NCBI GenBank assembly: GCA_964439625.1
Contig: CAYTPI010000019.1
Span: 73 to 64,072 of the forward strand
DNA: 64,000 nt
Direction of reading: 5' to 3'
Origin: an uncultured Anaerolineae bacterium
GTDB lineage: Bacteria; Chloroflexota; Anaerolineae; Aggregatilineales; UBA3940
In this document: one piece after another, positions 9,208 through 19,034 of the stretch
Layout: each line of letters opens with the position of its first letter
How positions within the stretch are numbered: position 1 is the first letter of the stretch
The notes under the pieces: generated by a model
Told to the model about the DNA's origin: nothing
Databases searched by the model: none
Seen by the model: only the letters and a program-made list of their open reading frames with translations
Program-made: the position numbers and the translations under genes

Positions 9208-10659
9208 GTGGCTAAAACACCGATTACAGTGGCATACGGTGACGGCATCGGGCCGGAGATTATGGAAGCCTGCCTGTTGATGCTGAAAGAGGCGGGGGCA
9301 GAGATCGAAATTACGGAAGTGATGCTCGGTCAGAAAGCGTACCAATCAGGTATTCTGACGGGTATCAGCGAAGAAGCGTGGGAGTCGATCCGGCATACCA
9401 ATGTGCTCTACAAGGCCCCGCTGACCACGCCGCAGGGCGAAGGCTACAAGTCCGTCAATGTGACGCTGCGTAAATCGCTGGGGCTGTATGCCAACATCCG
9501 TCCAGTCGTCACTTACACACCGTACATCCATTCATCCTTCGAGAACCTCAACATTGTGATCGTCCGCGAAAATGAGGAAGACCTTTACGGTGCTATTGAG
9601 CACCGTCAAACGGACGAGGTTTACCAGACGCTCAAGCTGATCACCCGACCGGGTACGGAAAAGATCGTGCGCTATGCCTTTGAGTATGCGCGTCGCTTCG
9701 GGCGGCAGAAGGTTACCTGTATGACGAAAGACAACATCATGAAGCTGACCGATGGCTTGTTCCATAAGGTGTTCAATGAGATTGCCTTAGAATACCCGGA
9801 GATCGAATCAGAGCATATGATCATCGATATTGGGTCGGCACGTTTGGCAGCCAGCCCAGCTATGTTTGACGTAATTGTGACTCTCAACCTCTATGGTGAC
9901 ATTATCTCGGATATTGCCGCCCAGATTGCTGGCTCGGTAGGGTTGGCGGGCTCTGCCAACATCGGTGATCAAACCGCAATGTTTGAAGCCGTACATGGCT
10001 CTGCACCTGACATCACGGGGAAGGGTTTAGCAAACCCCACTGGTTTGATGCACGCAGGTTCCTTCATGATGCGCCATATTGGCCAGCCGGAGGTCTCCGT
10101 CCGTTTGCGCAACGCCTGGCGCGTTACGATTGAGGACGGCATTCACACGCCGGATATTTATCGGAAAGAAGTCAGCAAGAAGCTGGTCGGCACGCTGGAC
10201 TTCGCCAAAGAGGTAATCAAGCGGTTAGGTAAAGAACCCAAAAACTTACCCGTGGCCCGCGTCCGTAGTGGTGTAAGCCCGCACATCGAGACCAAAGTGA
10301 CGCACATCCCCGTGACCAACAAAGAGCTAATCGGCGTGGATGTCTTCCTCGATTGGAGTGAAGGTGGCCGCAACCCTAATGCTCTTGGCGAACAGTTAAG
10401 TAAGGCCAACGGCGATGGCCTCGACCTGATTATGATCACCAATCGGGGTCAAAAAGTTTGGCCCGCCGATAACGTCCAGACGCTGCTGACCGATCACTGG
10501 CGCTGCCGCTTCCAAATGGCAGCCGGAGAAGCTACAGATCATGCTGCCTTGGTTGCCTTGCTCAAGCGCATTACGGGGCTGGGGCTGGAGTTTATCAAGA
10601 TTGAGAATCTCTACTCGTTTGATGGAGTGCGCGGCTTCTCATTGGGGCAGGGCCAGTAG
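9208..10659 (+). CDS. icd: isocitrate dehydrogenase, long Thermus-type with ~140-aa C-terminal extra domain
   Basis: 'PITVAYGDGIGPEIMEA', 'NIRPV', 'IVRENEEDLY', 'LYGDIISD' and 'HGSAPDI' are isocitrate/isopropylmalate dehydrogenase family motifs. GTG 9208 is preceded by AGGAA. The ORF opens at 9166. Confidence 0.85.
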   Translation: MAKTPITVAYGDGIGPEIMEACLLMLKEAGAEIEITEVMLGQKAYQSGILTGISEEAWESIRHTNVLYKAPLTTPQGEGYKSVNVTLRKSLGLYANIRPVVTYTPYIHSSFENLNIVIVRENEEDLYGAIEHRQTDEVYQTLKLITRPGTEKIVRYAFEYARRFGRQKVTCMTKDNIMKLTDGLFHKVFNEIALEYPEIESEHMIIDIGSARLAASPAMFDVIVTLNLYGDIISDIAAQIAGSVGLAGSANIGDQTAMFEAVHGSAPDITGKGLANPTGLMHAGSFMMRHIGQPEVSVRLRNAWRVTIEDGIHTPDIYRKEVSKKLVGTLDFAKEVIKRLGKEPKNLPVARVRSGVSPHIETKVTHIPVTNKELIGVDVFLDWSEGGRNPNALGEQLSKANGDGLDLIMITNRGQKVWPADNVQTLLTDHWRCRFQMAAGEATDHAALVALLKRITGLGLEFIKIENLYSFDGVRGFSLGQGQ

Positions 10660-10823
10660 GGATTAGGATGCTCAGCCATTAATGACTGGGCTAAATGTTG
10701 CTTTGGCTCAGTCTATCTGAATCCAAACGACCTTCATTCGCAGGTAAGCTGTCGAAAGTTTGTTAAACTCGCTGGAACGAATATCATAAGAGGCGGTAAC
10801 AACGTATCGACAGGTAACGCTCT

Positions 10824-12173
10824 GTGAGAGCTTCAAAACAAATGGCCCCGATAATCCTTGCGCTTGTGGTGTTGGTCGGGTGCGGCGCTGCTGCTGCTCC
10901 GGAACCCGAAGCCGAGGCTACTGAACCAACTGAAGCAGCGCCAACCCTTCAAGTAGCAGAGAGTGAAAATATTGAAGCGCAAGATGCTGCTGCCACTGCG
11001 GTTGAGGAAAATAGCGAAGATAATACCTTGGTTGTCTGGGTACCGGAAGTGATCAACCCTGGGGCGGACACGCCTGGAAGCGAAGCGCTGCTGACCATGC
11101 TGGCGCAGTTCGATGAGACCAACCCTGATATCGAGGTGATTGTTGAAGTCAAGCGCGTCAGTGGTGATGGTAGCATGCTGTCATACTTGCAATCGGCACC
11201 ACCCGTAGCACCATCCGTCGTGCCTGATCTTGTCTTGCTGGATCGCAATGGCCTCGTCACGGCGCAAACGAATGACCTGATCGTGCCCATTGAAGATTTG
11301 ATCGACCCAGAAGTGACCACTCACCTCTACCCGATTGCGGTCGAAATGGGGACGGTCGATGGCACGGTGGCAGGTGTTAACTATTTACTGAATACCGATC
11401 ATCTCATTTACCGGGCGACCTTCTTCCCCTCGCGCGTACCTAACACATATGATGCTGTCTTAGCTGGGCTGACGCCCTTTGCCTTTCCGGCTGGTCCCTT
11501 GAGTGACATCAACCGCACGACGCTGACGCAGTACCTGGCGGAGGGTGGACGCTTGGTTGATGAGAATGGGGAGCCGGTGCTCGATGCTGAGCCGCTCTCC
11601 GATGTACTCGCTTTTTATGCCGATGCCAAACGGCTCAATGTGATCGATACAAACTTGTTCCAAATTGCAGATGCGGCTCAAACGTTGCAATTATACCGCG
11701 ACCGGCAGGTCAACATGGCGGAAGTCAGTGCGCGTGACTACCTGCTTATTCGCGAAACAATCCCCAACACCCGACCAACCTGGACGCCAACCGCAACCGG
11801 TGACCCCACCGGGTTGCTAACTGGCTGGTCGTGGGCCGTCACCACGCGGGACTCGCTAAGGCAAGAACGAGCCATAACCTTCATCAACTTTGTGCTGAAC
11901 CCGATTGTGCATGGCACCTATACGCTCAACGCCGGTTGGGTGCCCTCACAGACCACCGCGCTGGAGGTCTGGGGGAATGATGACCCCTATGTGGCATTCG
12001 CTGATGTGCTGCTGCAAAACGCGCTGATCCTACCTTCGCAGTCTGTCCGCAACACCCCCGGTGAGGCCATGCAGCAGGCTGTTGAGGAAGTACTGCTGGA
12101 TAACGCACGCCCCATTCAAGCGGCTAGCCAAGCAGCGAATGCAGTTAATTCAGTTGAGGGAGAAGTCCAATAA
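10824..12173 (+). CDS. extracellular solute-binding lipoprotein (ABC family-1, sugar-type), orphan
   Basis: It has the lipobox LVGC followed by an acidic linker, and the size and pattern of an SBP_bac_1 type protein. No permease or ATPase genes are adjacent. Confidence 0.65.
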   Translation: MRASKQMAPIILALVVLVGCGAAAAPEPEAEATEPTEAAPTLQVAESENIEAQDAAATAVEENSEDNTLVVWVPEVINPGADTPGSEALLTMLAQFDETNPDIEVIVEVKRVSGDGSMLSYLQSAPPVAPSVVPDLVLLDRNGLVTAQTNDLIVPIEDLIDPEVTTHLYPIAVEMGTVDGTVAGVNYLLNTDHLIYRATFFPSRVPNTYDAVLAGLTPFAFPAGPLSDINRTTLTQYLAEGGRLVDENGEPVLDAEPLSDVLAFYADAKRLNVIDTNLFQIADAAQTLQLYRDRQVNMAEVSARDYLLIRETIPNTRPTWTPTATGDPTGLLTGWSWAVTTRDSLRQERAITFINFVLNPIVHGTYTLNAGWVPSQTTALEVWGNDDPYVAFADVLLQNALILPSQSVRNTPGEAMQQAVEEVLLDNARPIQAASQAANAVNSVEGEVQ

Positions 12174-12205
12174 AAAAACAGCCCCAGTCTCATTCCGCAG
12201 ATCGC

Positions 12206-13765
12206 GTGCTGTTCCCGCCTTACACGCTTTTGATTGGGTCTATTATTTTGATGGGGGCCTTTATTATTCGGCTAGTGAACAATATGGCTCTGCCTTTGTT
12301 CGTCGATGAGACCTACCATATTATTCGCGGGCAGTTATTTCTAGACGGCGTCTACTTTGCCGGAATCGAAAAAAATAAGTGGTTGTTCGGCCCCTTCATC
12401 GCGATTTTCAACCCAACTGGGCCAGAAGCCCCTTTCATCGGTCGCTACGTGAATATCTTGCTGGGCATATTGACTTTAGCGCTGACCGTCAAGATTGGCG
12501 CTCGCCTTGCCGATTGGCGTACAGGTCTCTTGGCGGGTGCATTCTACATGGTTGTGCCGTTAGCGGCCTACCATGAGCGAGAAGCCTTGGTTGACCCTCT
12601 AATGGGCGTTTTTGCGGCTGCAAGTGTCTGGGTAACGTTGTCCATGGTGCGTCGCCCCAACCTTCGCTTGGCTGTGTTACTAAGCATGACGTTAGCTCTA
12701 AGCCGTCTGACAAAAGCTTCGATGGTCGGGTTTTTCTTGCTGCCTTTCGCGGGGGTTGTGCTCTTTACGCTGCTTGACGATGCAGCAGTGACTTGGCGCA
12801 ATGCAATTTCCATACTACGAACTCGCCTCAAGCAGCCGCTGCACCGCCAAAAGTTTATGCGGACACTTGCTTACACAGCCATCGGTGTGGCGCTTAGTTT
12901 GGTTATTGTCGGGGTGGCTTACCAAATCGCCGATCAGGTCGGGGGCCAAGTATCACGCAGTCGTTACTCATTGGAGCTTAGGAATTTTGCCTTTCATCTT
13001 ATTTGGGGGCGGGCCGCACCAGGGTACTTGACGAAAGAATTCGTTAAATTTGCACAAGTCCATCTCCTGTTTCTAACGCCCAGCGTACTCATCCTGATGG
13101 CAGCAGCCGTTCTTGCCAGCTTCACGCAGCAAGACCAACGCGTGATCGCTTTCTTGCTGATTCCCGCAGTCTTGTTTGCCTTCATCCCCGTTTTTGCGGA
13201 AAGACCTGTGGCAGATGGCTCTGAACTGCCAGCGCGATACTTCTACCAAGACGCGCCTTGGAGTGCTCTACTTGCGGCACTTGGGGTCGCCCCGCTTGTC
13301 GGGTGGTTGAAGCGGCGCCTGCAATCTTCGGTCATCCATGAGGCCGTGCTTAACCGATGGATGATTGCGCTCAGTCTGCTGATCCCTTTTGCCTTTACAA
13401 TGACGCTAATAGTCGCCCCCCGTCAATCTCCGCTTGTCTACCCAGCACAGGACATATGGCGTGGGTATTTGCATGAAGACATGATACATACGTTACAGGC
13501 TGCCCATGCCGCTGAGCCAGAGAAGCCAATGCAAATTTATGTGAATGGGCCTGAGCCATTATGGCTAGAAACGCACTTTGGCCCCCGTGTTGCCAACATT
13601 GAAACGGGCGTCAATCTTCAGGAACTATCAGGGGCGGCATTGGACAAATGGCTCGCTGATGATTACTTGCTTGTTCTCCTCCTGCATGAGGGATGCCCGA
13701 ACTTCAACGAGGCCATCTCACCGGCGTATCGACAGTCGTTTTACTGTTTTGAGTTAGAAGCATAG
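12206..13765 (+). CDS. GT-C fold (ArnT/PMT-like) membrane glycosyltransferase-like protein, short form; paralog of 33954..45454
   Basis: It is polytopic. It shares 'LPLFVDETYHIIRG', 'EKNKWLFG', 'NPTGPEAPFIGRYVNILLG' and 'YHEREALVDPLMG' with the five tandem paralogs. Confidence 0.7.
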   Translation: MLFPPYTLLIGSIILMGAFIIRLVNNMALPLFVDETYHIIRGQLFLDGVYFAGIEKNKWLFGPFIAIFNPTGPEAPFIGRYVNILLGILTLALTVKIGARLADWRTGLLAGAFYMVVPLAAYHEREALVDPLMGVFAAASVWVTLSMVRRPNLRLAVLLSMTLALSRLTKASMVGFFLLPFAGVVLFTLLDDAAVTWRNAISILRTRLKQPLHRQKFMRTLAYTAIGVALSLVIVGVAYQIADQVGGQVSRSRYSLELRNFAFHLIWGRAAPGYLTKEFVKFAQVHLLFLTPSVLILMAAAVLASFTQQDQRVIAFLLIPAVLFAFIPVFAERPVADGSELPARYFYQDAPWSALLAALGVAPLVGWLKRRLQSSVIHEAVLNRWMIALSLLIPFAFTMTLIVAPRQSPLVYPAQDIWRGYLHEDMIHTLQAAHAAEPEKPMQIYVNGPEPLWLETHFGPRVANIETGVNLQELSGAALDKWLADDYLLVLLLHEGCPNFNEAISPAYRQSFYCFELEA

Positions 13766-13859
13766 TACGCTTACGGCAGCATCACCACAGGGGAGGATAT
13801 CGCGCTTCTGCGTGGAGTGAGGTCAAGGTCTGGAGAGTTCTCCCCAGACCTTTTTGCAG

Positions 13860-15008
13860 CTAATAGCGCAAAATCGCAGCGATGGAGGTGTCGCTCGGCA
13901 TTTGGGTTGGGGGTAGCACATGGACTTTGCCGCCTGTCTTTAAAGTGCGGACGGCAGCTATATCCAACAGGTCGTCATTGGCAATGTGCTGCTCACTGTC
14001 AAATGCGAATGTATCTTTATCAGCATCGTAGCGACCCCAACAGTGTGCCCCCATAGCAACCAGCAGTGTATCGACGCGCCCATAATGCGCCGCACGGACA
14101 GCATCTTCGATGGCAGCCACTGACCGATTGCTATTGAGTAGGTTGTTATAGGCCTTGATGGCCTTATCTTGGGCCTCTTTGAAGATTGGTTCAACGATTG
14201 CCCATGCTTTAGCGTGCAATTCTTTATCATTGGACTTATCGGGGTTGCCGATAATGCCCTTATCAGCTAAGTTATCATAAGTATTGGCCTGCTGGTAGAT
14301 CGGGTGCAGGTAGTCAACGGTTGCCAACAGCAGCGGCGGGGTTTGGTCGCCGAAGACGGCATGCAGACCTTTATCTAACTGGCGAAAATAGCGCAGAATG
14401 CGATCTTTATGCTCATCATCTGGGTCGTGCCCATGGAACAGCGCACCGCCGCCACCGGAACTACCCATTGATCTATACTGTAACTGCTTCTCTGTCTGTT
14501 CATGGAACAAGGCATCTGCGAGGCTGGTTGGGACATCATCAAGTGGGACTTCAGAGATGTTATCGCGTGAGCCTCGTAGCAGGCGCACTTGCTTCTGACT
14601 GACTGCCAGCACGTAAAACTGACCGTTGTTTACAACCAACGGCAGCAGTGGCTTGATGTGAAAGCGCTCATTGACCATCACCATTTCCTCGAAGCTGGCG
14701 GGCAACCGATAGCTGTAGAGGTAGCTGTTAGTCAGGAAGAGCGCCAAGCCATCACTTTGCCTCTGCCAGAAGTCGTAATCGCTTAATAGGTCTTGAGCAG
14801 GTTTCAGCAGACCGTCGATGTCATCTGCTGTTAGAGAATCCATGTTGCTTAGGTGATTGCGCGCTTGCTTCAAGAGGTTCTTAAAGCGAATTTCATTCTG
14901 TTTGACCTCACTGCCTGCGCGGTAGGTCGGCATGTAAATACTGATGTGTGGACCGGGTTCGCGGTCTTCCATTAGTTCGGCGAGTGCCTGATTGTTCAGA
15001 ATTGCCAT
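13860..15008 (-). CDS. eRF1/Pelota-like protein (bacterial archaeo-eukaryotic release factor, baeRF-type)
   Basis: The N-terminus 'EPGPHISIYMPTYRAGSEVKQNEIRFKNLLKQARNHL' and the C-terminus 'AIEDAVRAAHYGRVDTLLV...DLLDIAAVRTLKTGGKVHVL' resemble the baeRF/eRF1 domain-3 pattern as I recall it. This needs HMM confirmation. Confidence 0.5.
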   Translation of the reverse strand: MAILNNQALAELMEDREPGPHISIYMPTYRAGSEVKQNEIRFKNLLKQARNHLSNMDSLTADDIDGLLKPAQDLLSDYDFWQRQSDGLALFLTNSYLYSYRLPASFEEMVMVNERFHIKPLLPLVVNNGQFYVLAVSQKQVRLLRGSRDNISEVPLDDVPTSLADALFHEQTEKQLQYRSMGSSGGGGALFHGHDPDDEHKDRILRYFRQLDKGLHAVFGDQTPPLLLATVDYLHPIYQQANTYDNLADKGIIGNPDKSNDKELHAKAWAIVEPIFKEAQDKAIKAYNNLLNSNRSVAAIEDAVRAAHYGRVDTLLVAMGAHCWGRYDADKDTFAFDSEQHIANDDLLDIAAVRTLKTGGKVHVLPPTQMPSDTSIAAILRY

Positions 15009-15232
15009 TAGCGTTGGCGTCCTTTCAACTTGGTAACATACTGTGTATACGTGCGCCTGTCACTGGGGCAAAAGTATATGTACAGGCACATATCGACATG
15101 TCATATTATAAACATGTTAAGTTGAACCTATCGTATCATAATTTGAATAATCTTGGCGTCATGTCGGGTAAAAATCGGCTAAAAGTGTGATTATTGCGGG
15201 AGATATCTTTTTACTTGCTGAGCACAGCGTGT

Positions 15233-15272
15233 TTGGCGCAATATAAATACGAAGTGGCGTAGTATGCTAGTG
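15233..15272 (+). promoter_or_regulatory. 40-nt operator/promoter module, copy 1 (upstream of the LtrA-like gene)
   Basis: TTGGCGCAATAT-N10-TGGCGTAGTAT-GCTAGTG. It matches the reverse-strand module at 19907..19946 at 28 of 30 non-spacer positions. Confidence 0.6.
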
Positions 15273-15389
15273 TACAATGCTCTGAATTGTCATATGGTCT
15301 CATCGTGTTGTGACTTATAATTGCACAGAAGATACTCATCCTAAAACTAGAATCTTTTACAAAGGTCAATCCACTGGAGTAATAAGCCA

Positions 15390-16601
15390 ATGTCAGACTT
15401 GTTCACACGTCCAAGATATTTTCGTGATGTTGTTTTTCACCGTCATACAGATCGGGCCGTTGGTTGGCTGGAGCTGTTTTATGATCTGGTCTACGTCGCC
15501 ACTTTGATTCAGATTGGTAACTTTCTAAGTGACAACTTGACTCTGCTCGGCTTTGGTCAGTTTTTGATCATGATGTTTGTGGTTTGGTGGGCCTGGACGG
15601 GAGAGACGCTCTATCAGAATCGCTTTGTCGCGGATGATTTACTGCATCGCCTTTTCGTCTTCATCCAGATAGCAGGTATTGCTACCATCGGGCTCAGCAT
15701 CAGTGAGGCCTTTGGTGATCTCTACATACAGTTCACAATTGGCTATGTGATAGTCCGCTCTATGATGGTTGTGTTGTATATCCGAATCTACAAACTAGAA
15801 TCGGAAAGTCGTTCGCAGTCGGCTAGTTTTATTATTGGCTTTAGCGGCGGTATTGCGATCTGGCTGGGGGCGATCTTTCTGCCAGCGGAATATCATTGGG
15901 TGGCTTGGCTTCTCGCCATTGTGTTTGAAATCAGCTTCTTTGCGCGTACATCAATGCTCTTAGATGCTAACAGTTGGAGCATCGATAGCCATCATGCTGT
16001 AGAGCGGTTTGGCATTTTTACAATTATCGTCTTGGGTGAGGCTTTCGTCAAAGTAATGGATGACGCTCAAGGTACAGTGTTGGGGCTTGAGCAGATATTA
16101 TTCGGAATCGTGGGATTGGTTACCCTTTACTGCCTCTGGTGGTTGTATTTCTCGGACATGGCTGGTGATGTTTGGAACCAACTTACTCCGCTTAAAGCTA
16201 TTTCTTGGGCATACGGACACCTGTTCTTGTCGGTTGGCTTGGTGGCATTTGGCGTTGCAACGAAAAAACTATTCGCTGAGGCTGTCAAACACCCGACAGA
16301 CCCTATCACAGATACATATCGCTTGCTCTTGACTGCTGCGATCACCTTTTTCCTGATCGCGTTAGCCTCAATCGATTACAGTGTGCAAGGTGCCACCACA
16401 GATAAAAACTCTGCTCTTAACGCACAAGTGCATTTTGTGAGTGCAATTGCCATCGTGATCGTTGGGTTTGTTATAACAGAGGTGACGGCGACGCAGTTTA
16501 CAGCGATTGTTGCGGTTATTTTGCTGCTGCAAGTCGCGTTAAGTATCTATGAGGCTGCATCTGAACCTGAGCATCTGCCGCAGTCTGCTGAACATGGGTA
16601 A
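15390..16601 (+). CDS. LtrA (low temperature requirement A) family membrane protein
   Basis: 'VGWLELFYDLVYVATLIQIG' is the LtrA signature. There are about 10 TM segments. Confidence 0.75.
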   Translation: MSDLFTRPRYFRDVVFHRHTDRAVGWLELFYDLVYVATLIQIGNFLSDNLTLLGFGQFLIMMFVVWWAWTGETLYQNRFVADDLLHRLFVFIQIAGIATIGLSISEAFGDLYIQFTIGYVIVRSMMVVLYIRIYKLESESRSQSASFIIGFSGGIAIWLGAIFLPAEYHWVAWLLAIVFEISFFARTSMLLDANSWSIDSHHAVERFGIFTIIVLGEAFVKVMDDAQGTVLGLEQILFGIVGLVTLYCLWWLYFSDMAGDVWNQLTPLKAISWAYGHLFLSVGLVAFGVATKKLFAEAVKHPTDPITDTYRLLLTAAITFFLIALASIDYSVQGATTDKNSALNAQVHFVSAIAIVIVGFVITEVTATQFTAIVAVILLLQVALSIYEAASEPEHLPQSAEHG

Positions 16602-16615
16602 GCCTGCTTAGGCTG

Positions 16616-17614
16616 TTACTGAAAGCGCATTCGGGCGATTTCAGGTGTTTGCCCCGTCCAAGAGCGGAAGGCTCGGAAGAACGAGTTCGGGTCTTTGTAG
16701 CCCAATAGGAAGGCAATCTGCCCATTGGTGTACTTGGAGCTTGCTAAATAATGATGTGCGAGTTCTTTGCGCAACCCGTCTAGTACTTCTTGAAAGTTTG
16801 TCCCCTCATTTCTCAGATACCGTTGGAGCGTCCGCGGACTGATGGCTAAGCGTGAGGCGACATCGCCAACTTTGTACTGCCCACTGGCGAGAATTTCCAT
16901 GAGGCAGGCGCGTACTTTTTCCGTGTAGGACGCCCTTTGGTCTAGATCCTTCATTCGTTTATTAAGTTCCGGCTCAAAGATTGCCCACATTGCATCGTTT
17001 GCAGTAAGGAAAGGGCGCTCTGCATCTGCCGCTGCAAACCTCACCCCGTCGAAATCAGAGATGGTCATCTCAACACCAAAGAAATCTTCATAGACCTGTT
17101 TTTCTGGGAACGTTCTCTTTGTATAAACATTTAGTGGTATCAAGTGTTCGCGGGTTGCCATCCGAGGCATGTGCACCCACCAGCTCAATTCTGCCGCAAT
17201 GAAGCTTGCCGGTAAACAACTTTGATCGTGCAGGATTGTGTTAATGGTGATGGTCGTATGTTCGCTTGTGATGTCAGTGTGGAGGCGAATGGGGCCGACG
17301 ATTGGCTTATAATAACCAATGCGCTTGGCGGCCACATTCAGATTGGCGCTGCAAAAAGAGGCGAATATTGGTGGGCTGAATGTCTCTGGTCTCGCACTGA
17401 GCGCAAAGTCTAAGGGAAACGTGAGGTTATCTTGCTGAACAACCTCCAGCGCGCGCCACAGTCTTGACATTTCAGTGGCTGTTACCATCGGTGACTTGCG
17501 TGAAAAGAGATCAAGCGGCAGGCTCGCAGCGCGCAGAATATCTTGCGGTGCAATGTCCAAGTCTTTCAACATGACCAGCCAACCATTATCCAGCCTATAT
17601 TTGTGATTATCCAT
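16616..17614 (-). CDS. AraC family transcriptional regulator with N-terminal ligand-binding (Arabinose_bd-like) domain
   Basis: The C-terminal double HTH is 'VGDVASRLAISPRTLQRYLRNEGTNFQEVLDGLRKELAHHYL...IAFLLGYKDPNSFFRAFRSWTGQTP'. Confidence 0.85.
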   Translation of the reverse strand: MDNHKYRLDNGWLVMLKDLDIAPQDILRAASLPLDLFSRKSPMVTATEMSRLWRALEVVQQDNLTFPLDFALSARPETFSPPIFASFCSANLNVAAKRIGYYKPIVGPIRLHTDITSEHTTITINTILHDQSCLPASFIAAELSWWVHMPRMATREHLIPLNVYTKRTFPEKQVYEDFFGVEMTISDFDGVRFAAADAERPFLTANDAMWAIFEPELNKRMKDLDQRASYTEKVRACLMEILASGQYKVGDVASRLAISPRTLQRYLRNEGTNFQEVLDGLRKELAHHYLASSKYTNGQIAFLLGYKDPNSFFRAFRSWTGQTPEIARMRFQ

Positions 17615-17680
17615 AGTATTCCGTTCTTTCTTTACGTCGCACCTGCCCGCAAACCAACTGGTTCATCCGGACTTATGAAC

Positions 17681-18910
17681 CTATAGCGGCGCACGTGCTC
17701 GTACTTCTTTGTACGCAACAGGAAGGCGTTTAGGGTCGCGTACCACATTGTTATCACGTTGAGGCAATTCTTTGGCTGGCCTAGCCAATGTCAAGCCGTG
17801 CACTCTTTGTAGTAGGGTATTAATAGCGATGCGACCTTCTAAGCGAGCCAATGGTGCCCCAACACAATAGTGTACGCCATAACCGAATCCTATATGTTTA
17901 TTGTTCTTACGGCTAATATCGAACTGATCCGCATGGTTGAATTGCGTCGGATCATGGTTGGCAGCCCCTAATATCACAATGACGCTTGCCCCTCGCCGAA
18001 TCGTTTCACCACTAATTTTGACATCCTCAGCCGCATAACGTTCAGTCGCCCGTTCAACGGGCCCATCGTAGCGCAGGAACTCCTCAATGGCGTTTTCGAT
18101 TAATGCCGGGTTTCGTTGAAGCTGGCGCATCTGGGCTGGATGTTCGAGTAAGGCCAGTGTACCATTAATAATCAGGTTAACAGTTGTCTCGTGCCCTGCG
18201 ACGATCAACAAGGCAATCATGCTGTAGAGTTCCGGCATCGAGAGCCGGTCTCCAGCCTCTTCTGCTTGAGTGAGGGTTGAGATCAAGTCGTCCTGTGGGT
18301 TAGCGCGCCGCTCCGCCACAATCTCACCAATGTAGTGGGCAAACGCCATCATCTCTTGGACGTAATCACCCCCAGTATAATCGCCGATGAAAGCATTTGA
18401 CCAGACTCGGAAGCGTTCGCGATCCGCTGGGGGAATGCCCAGCAGTTCCGCAATCACAGTGATCGGCAGCGGGAAGGCATAGGCATCAACCAGATCGACC
18501 GGCCCCTTAGCCGGGAAGGCGTCAATCAGGTCATCGGCAATTTGTTGAATATTAGGTGCTAGCGCCTGTACATGCCGGTTAGTGAAGGCTTTGCTCACCA
18601 AGGTTCGCAAGCGAGTGTGGTCGGCGCCATCAACACTGAGCATATTGTGATACAGAAAATAGTACAGATCGTTCATGTTGCGCTGCCGTCGTTGGGTCTG
18701 TGTCAGCGTATTATTGTAGTCTTTAACGAAGCGTTTGTGATCAGACAGGATTTTCCGTGCCTCTTTGTACCCCGTCACAACCCATGTGTACGCTCCATAT
18801 GACGGCAGCCGCATAATCGGTTTATCTGCCCGCATCGCGGCATAGGTCGGGTAGGGGTTGGTTCTAAATGCCTGACCATCAAGCTGGTATTTTGCTTGTT
18901 TCTTAAACAT
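17681..18910 (-). CDS. cytochrome P450
   Basis: It has the heme-binding loop 'FGYGVHYCVGAPLA', 'EEFLRYDGP' (ExxR) and the I-helix 'AGHETT'. Confidence 0.9.
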   Translation of the reverse strand: MFKKQAKYQLDGQAFRTNPYPTYAAMRADKPIMRLPSYGAYTWVVTGYKEARKILSDHKRFVKDYNNTLTQTQRRQRNMNDLYYFLYHNMLSVDGADHTRLRTLVSKAFTNRHVQALAPNIQQIADDLIDAFPAKGPVDLVDAYAFPLPITVIAELLGIPPADRERFRVWSNAFIGDYTGGDYVQEMMAFAHYIGEIVAERRANPQDDLISTLTQAEEAGDRLSMPELYSMIALLIVAGHETTVNLIINGTLALLEHPAQMRQLQRNPALIENAIEEFLRYDGPVERATERYAAEDVKISGETIRRGASVIVILGAANHDPTQFNHADQFDISRKNNKHIGFGYGVHYCVGAPLARLEGRIAINTLLQRVHGLTLARPAKELPQRDNNVVRDPKRLPVAYKEVRARAPL

Positions 18911-18949
18911 TAAAGTGGCTTATTATCCCTTCAAAGTAAATTAAAGTAT

Positions 18950-18983
18950 GCCTCGGTTACAGGAATATATTTCTAACCGAGGC
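18950..18983 (-). terminator. 10-bp perfect hairpin between the SDR and P450 genes
   Basis: gcctcggtta (18950-18959) pairs with taaccgaggc (18974-18983) around a 14-nt loop. On the minus strand it is followed by an A/T-rich tract. Confidence 0.55.
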
Positions 18984-19034
18984 AAGTGGCATATCTTTAT
19001 GGATTGGGCACGCGTTACTCAAACAGCTTAAGCG

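Noticed and set aside
15233-15265. Reading TTGGCG and TAGTAT in the 40-nt module as a plain sigma-70 -35/-10 pair.
   Set aside because: The spacing is 21 nt, too long for a standard promoter. The 22-nt direct-repeat periodicity fits an activator site better, although a promoter overlapping the module (TACAAT at 15272-15277) is still possible.
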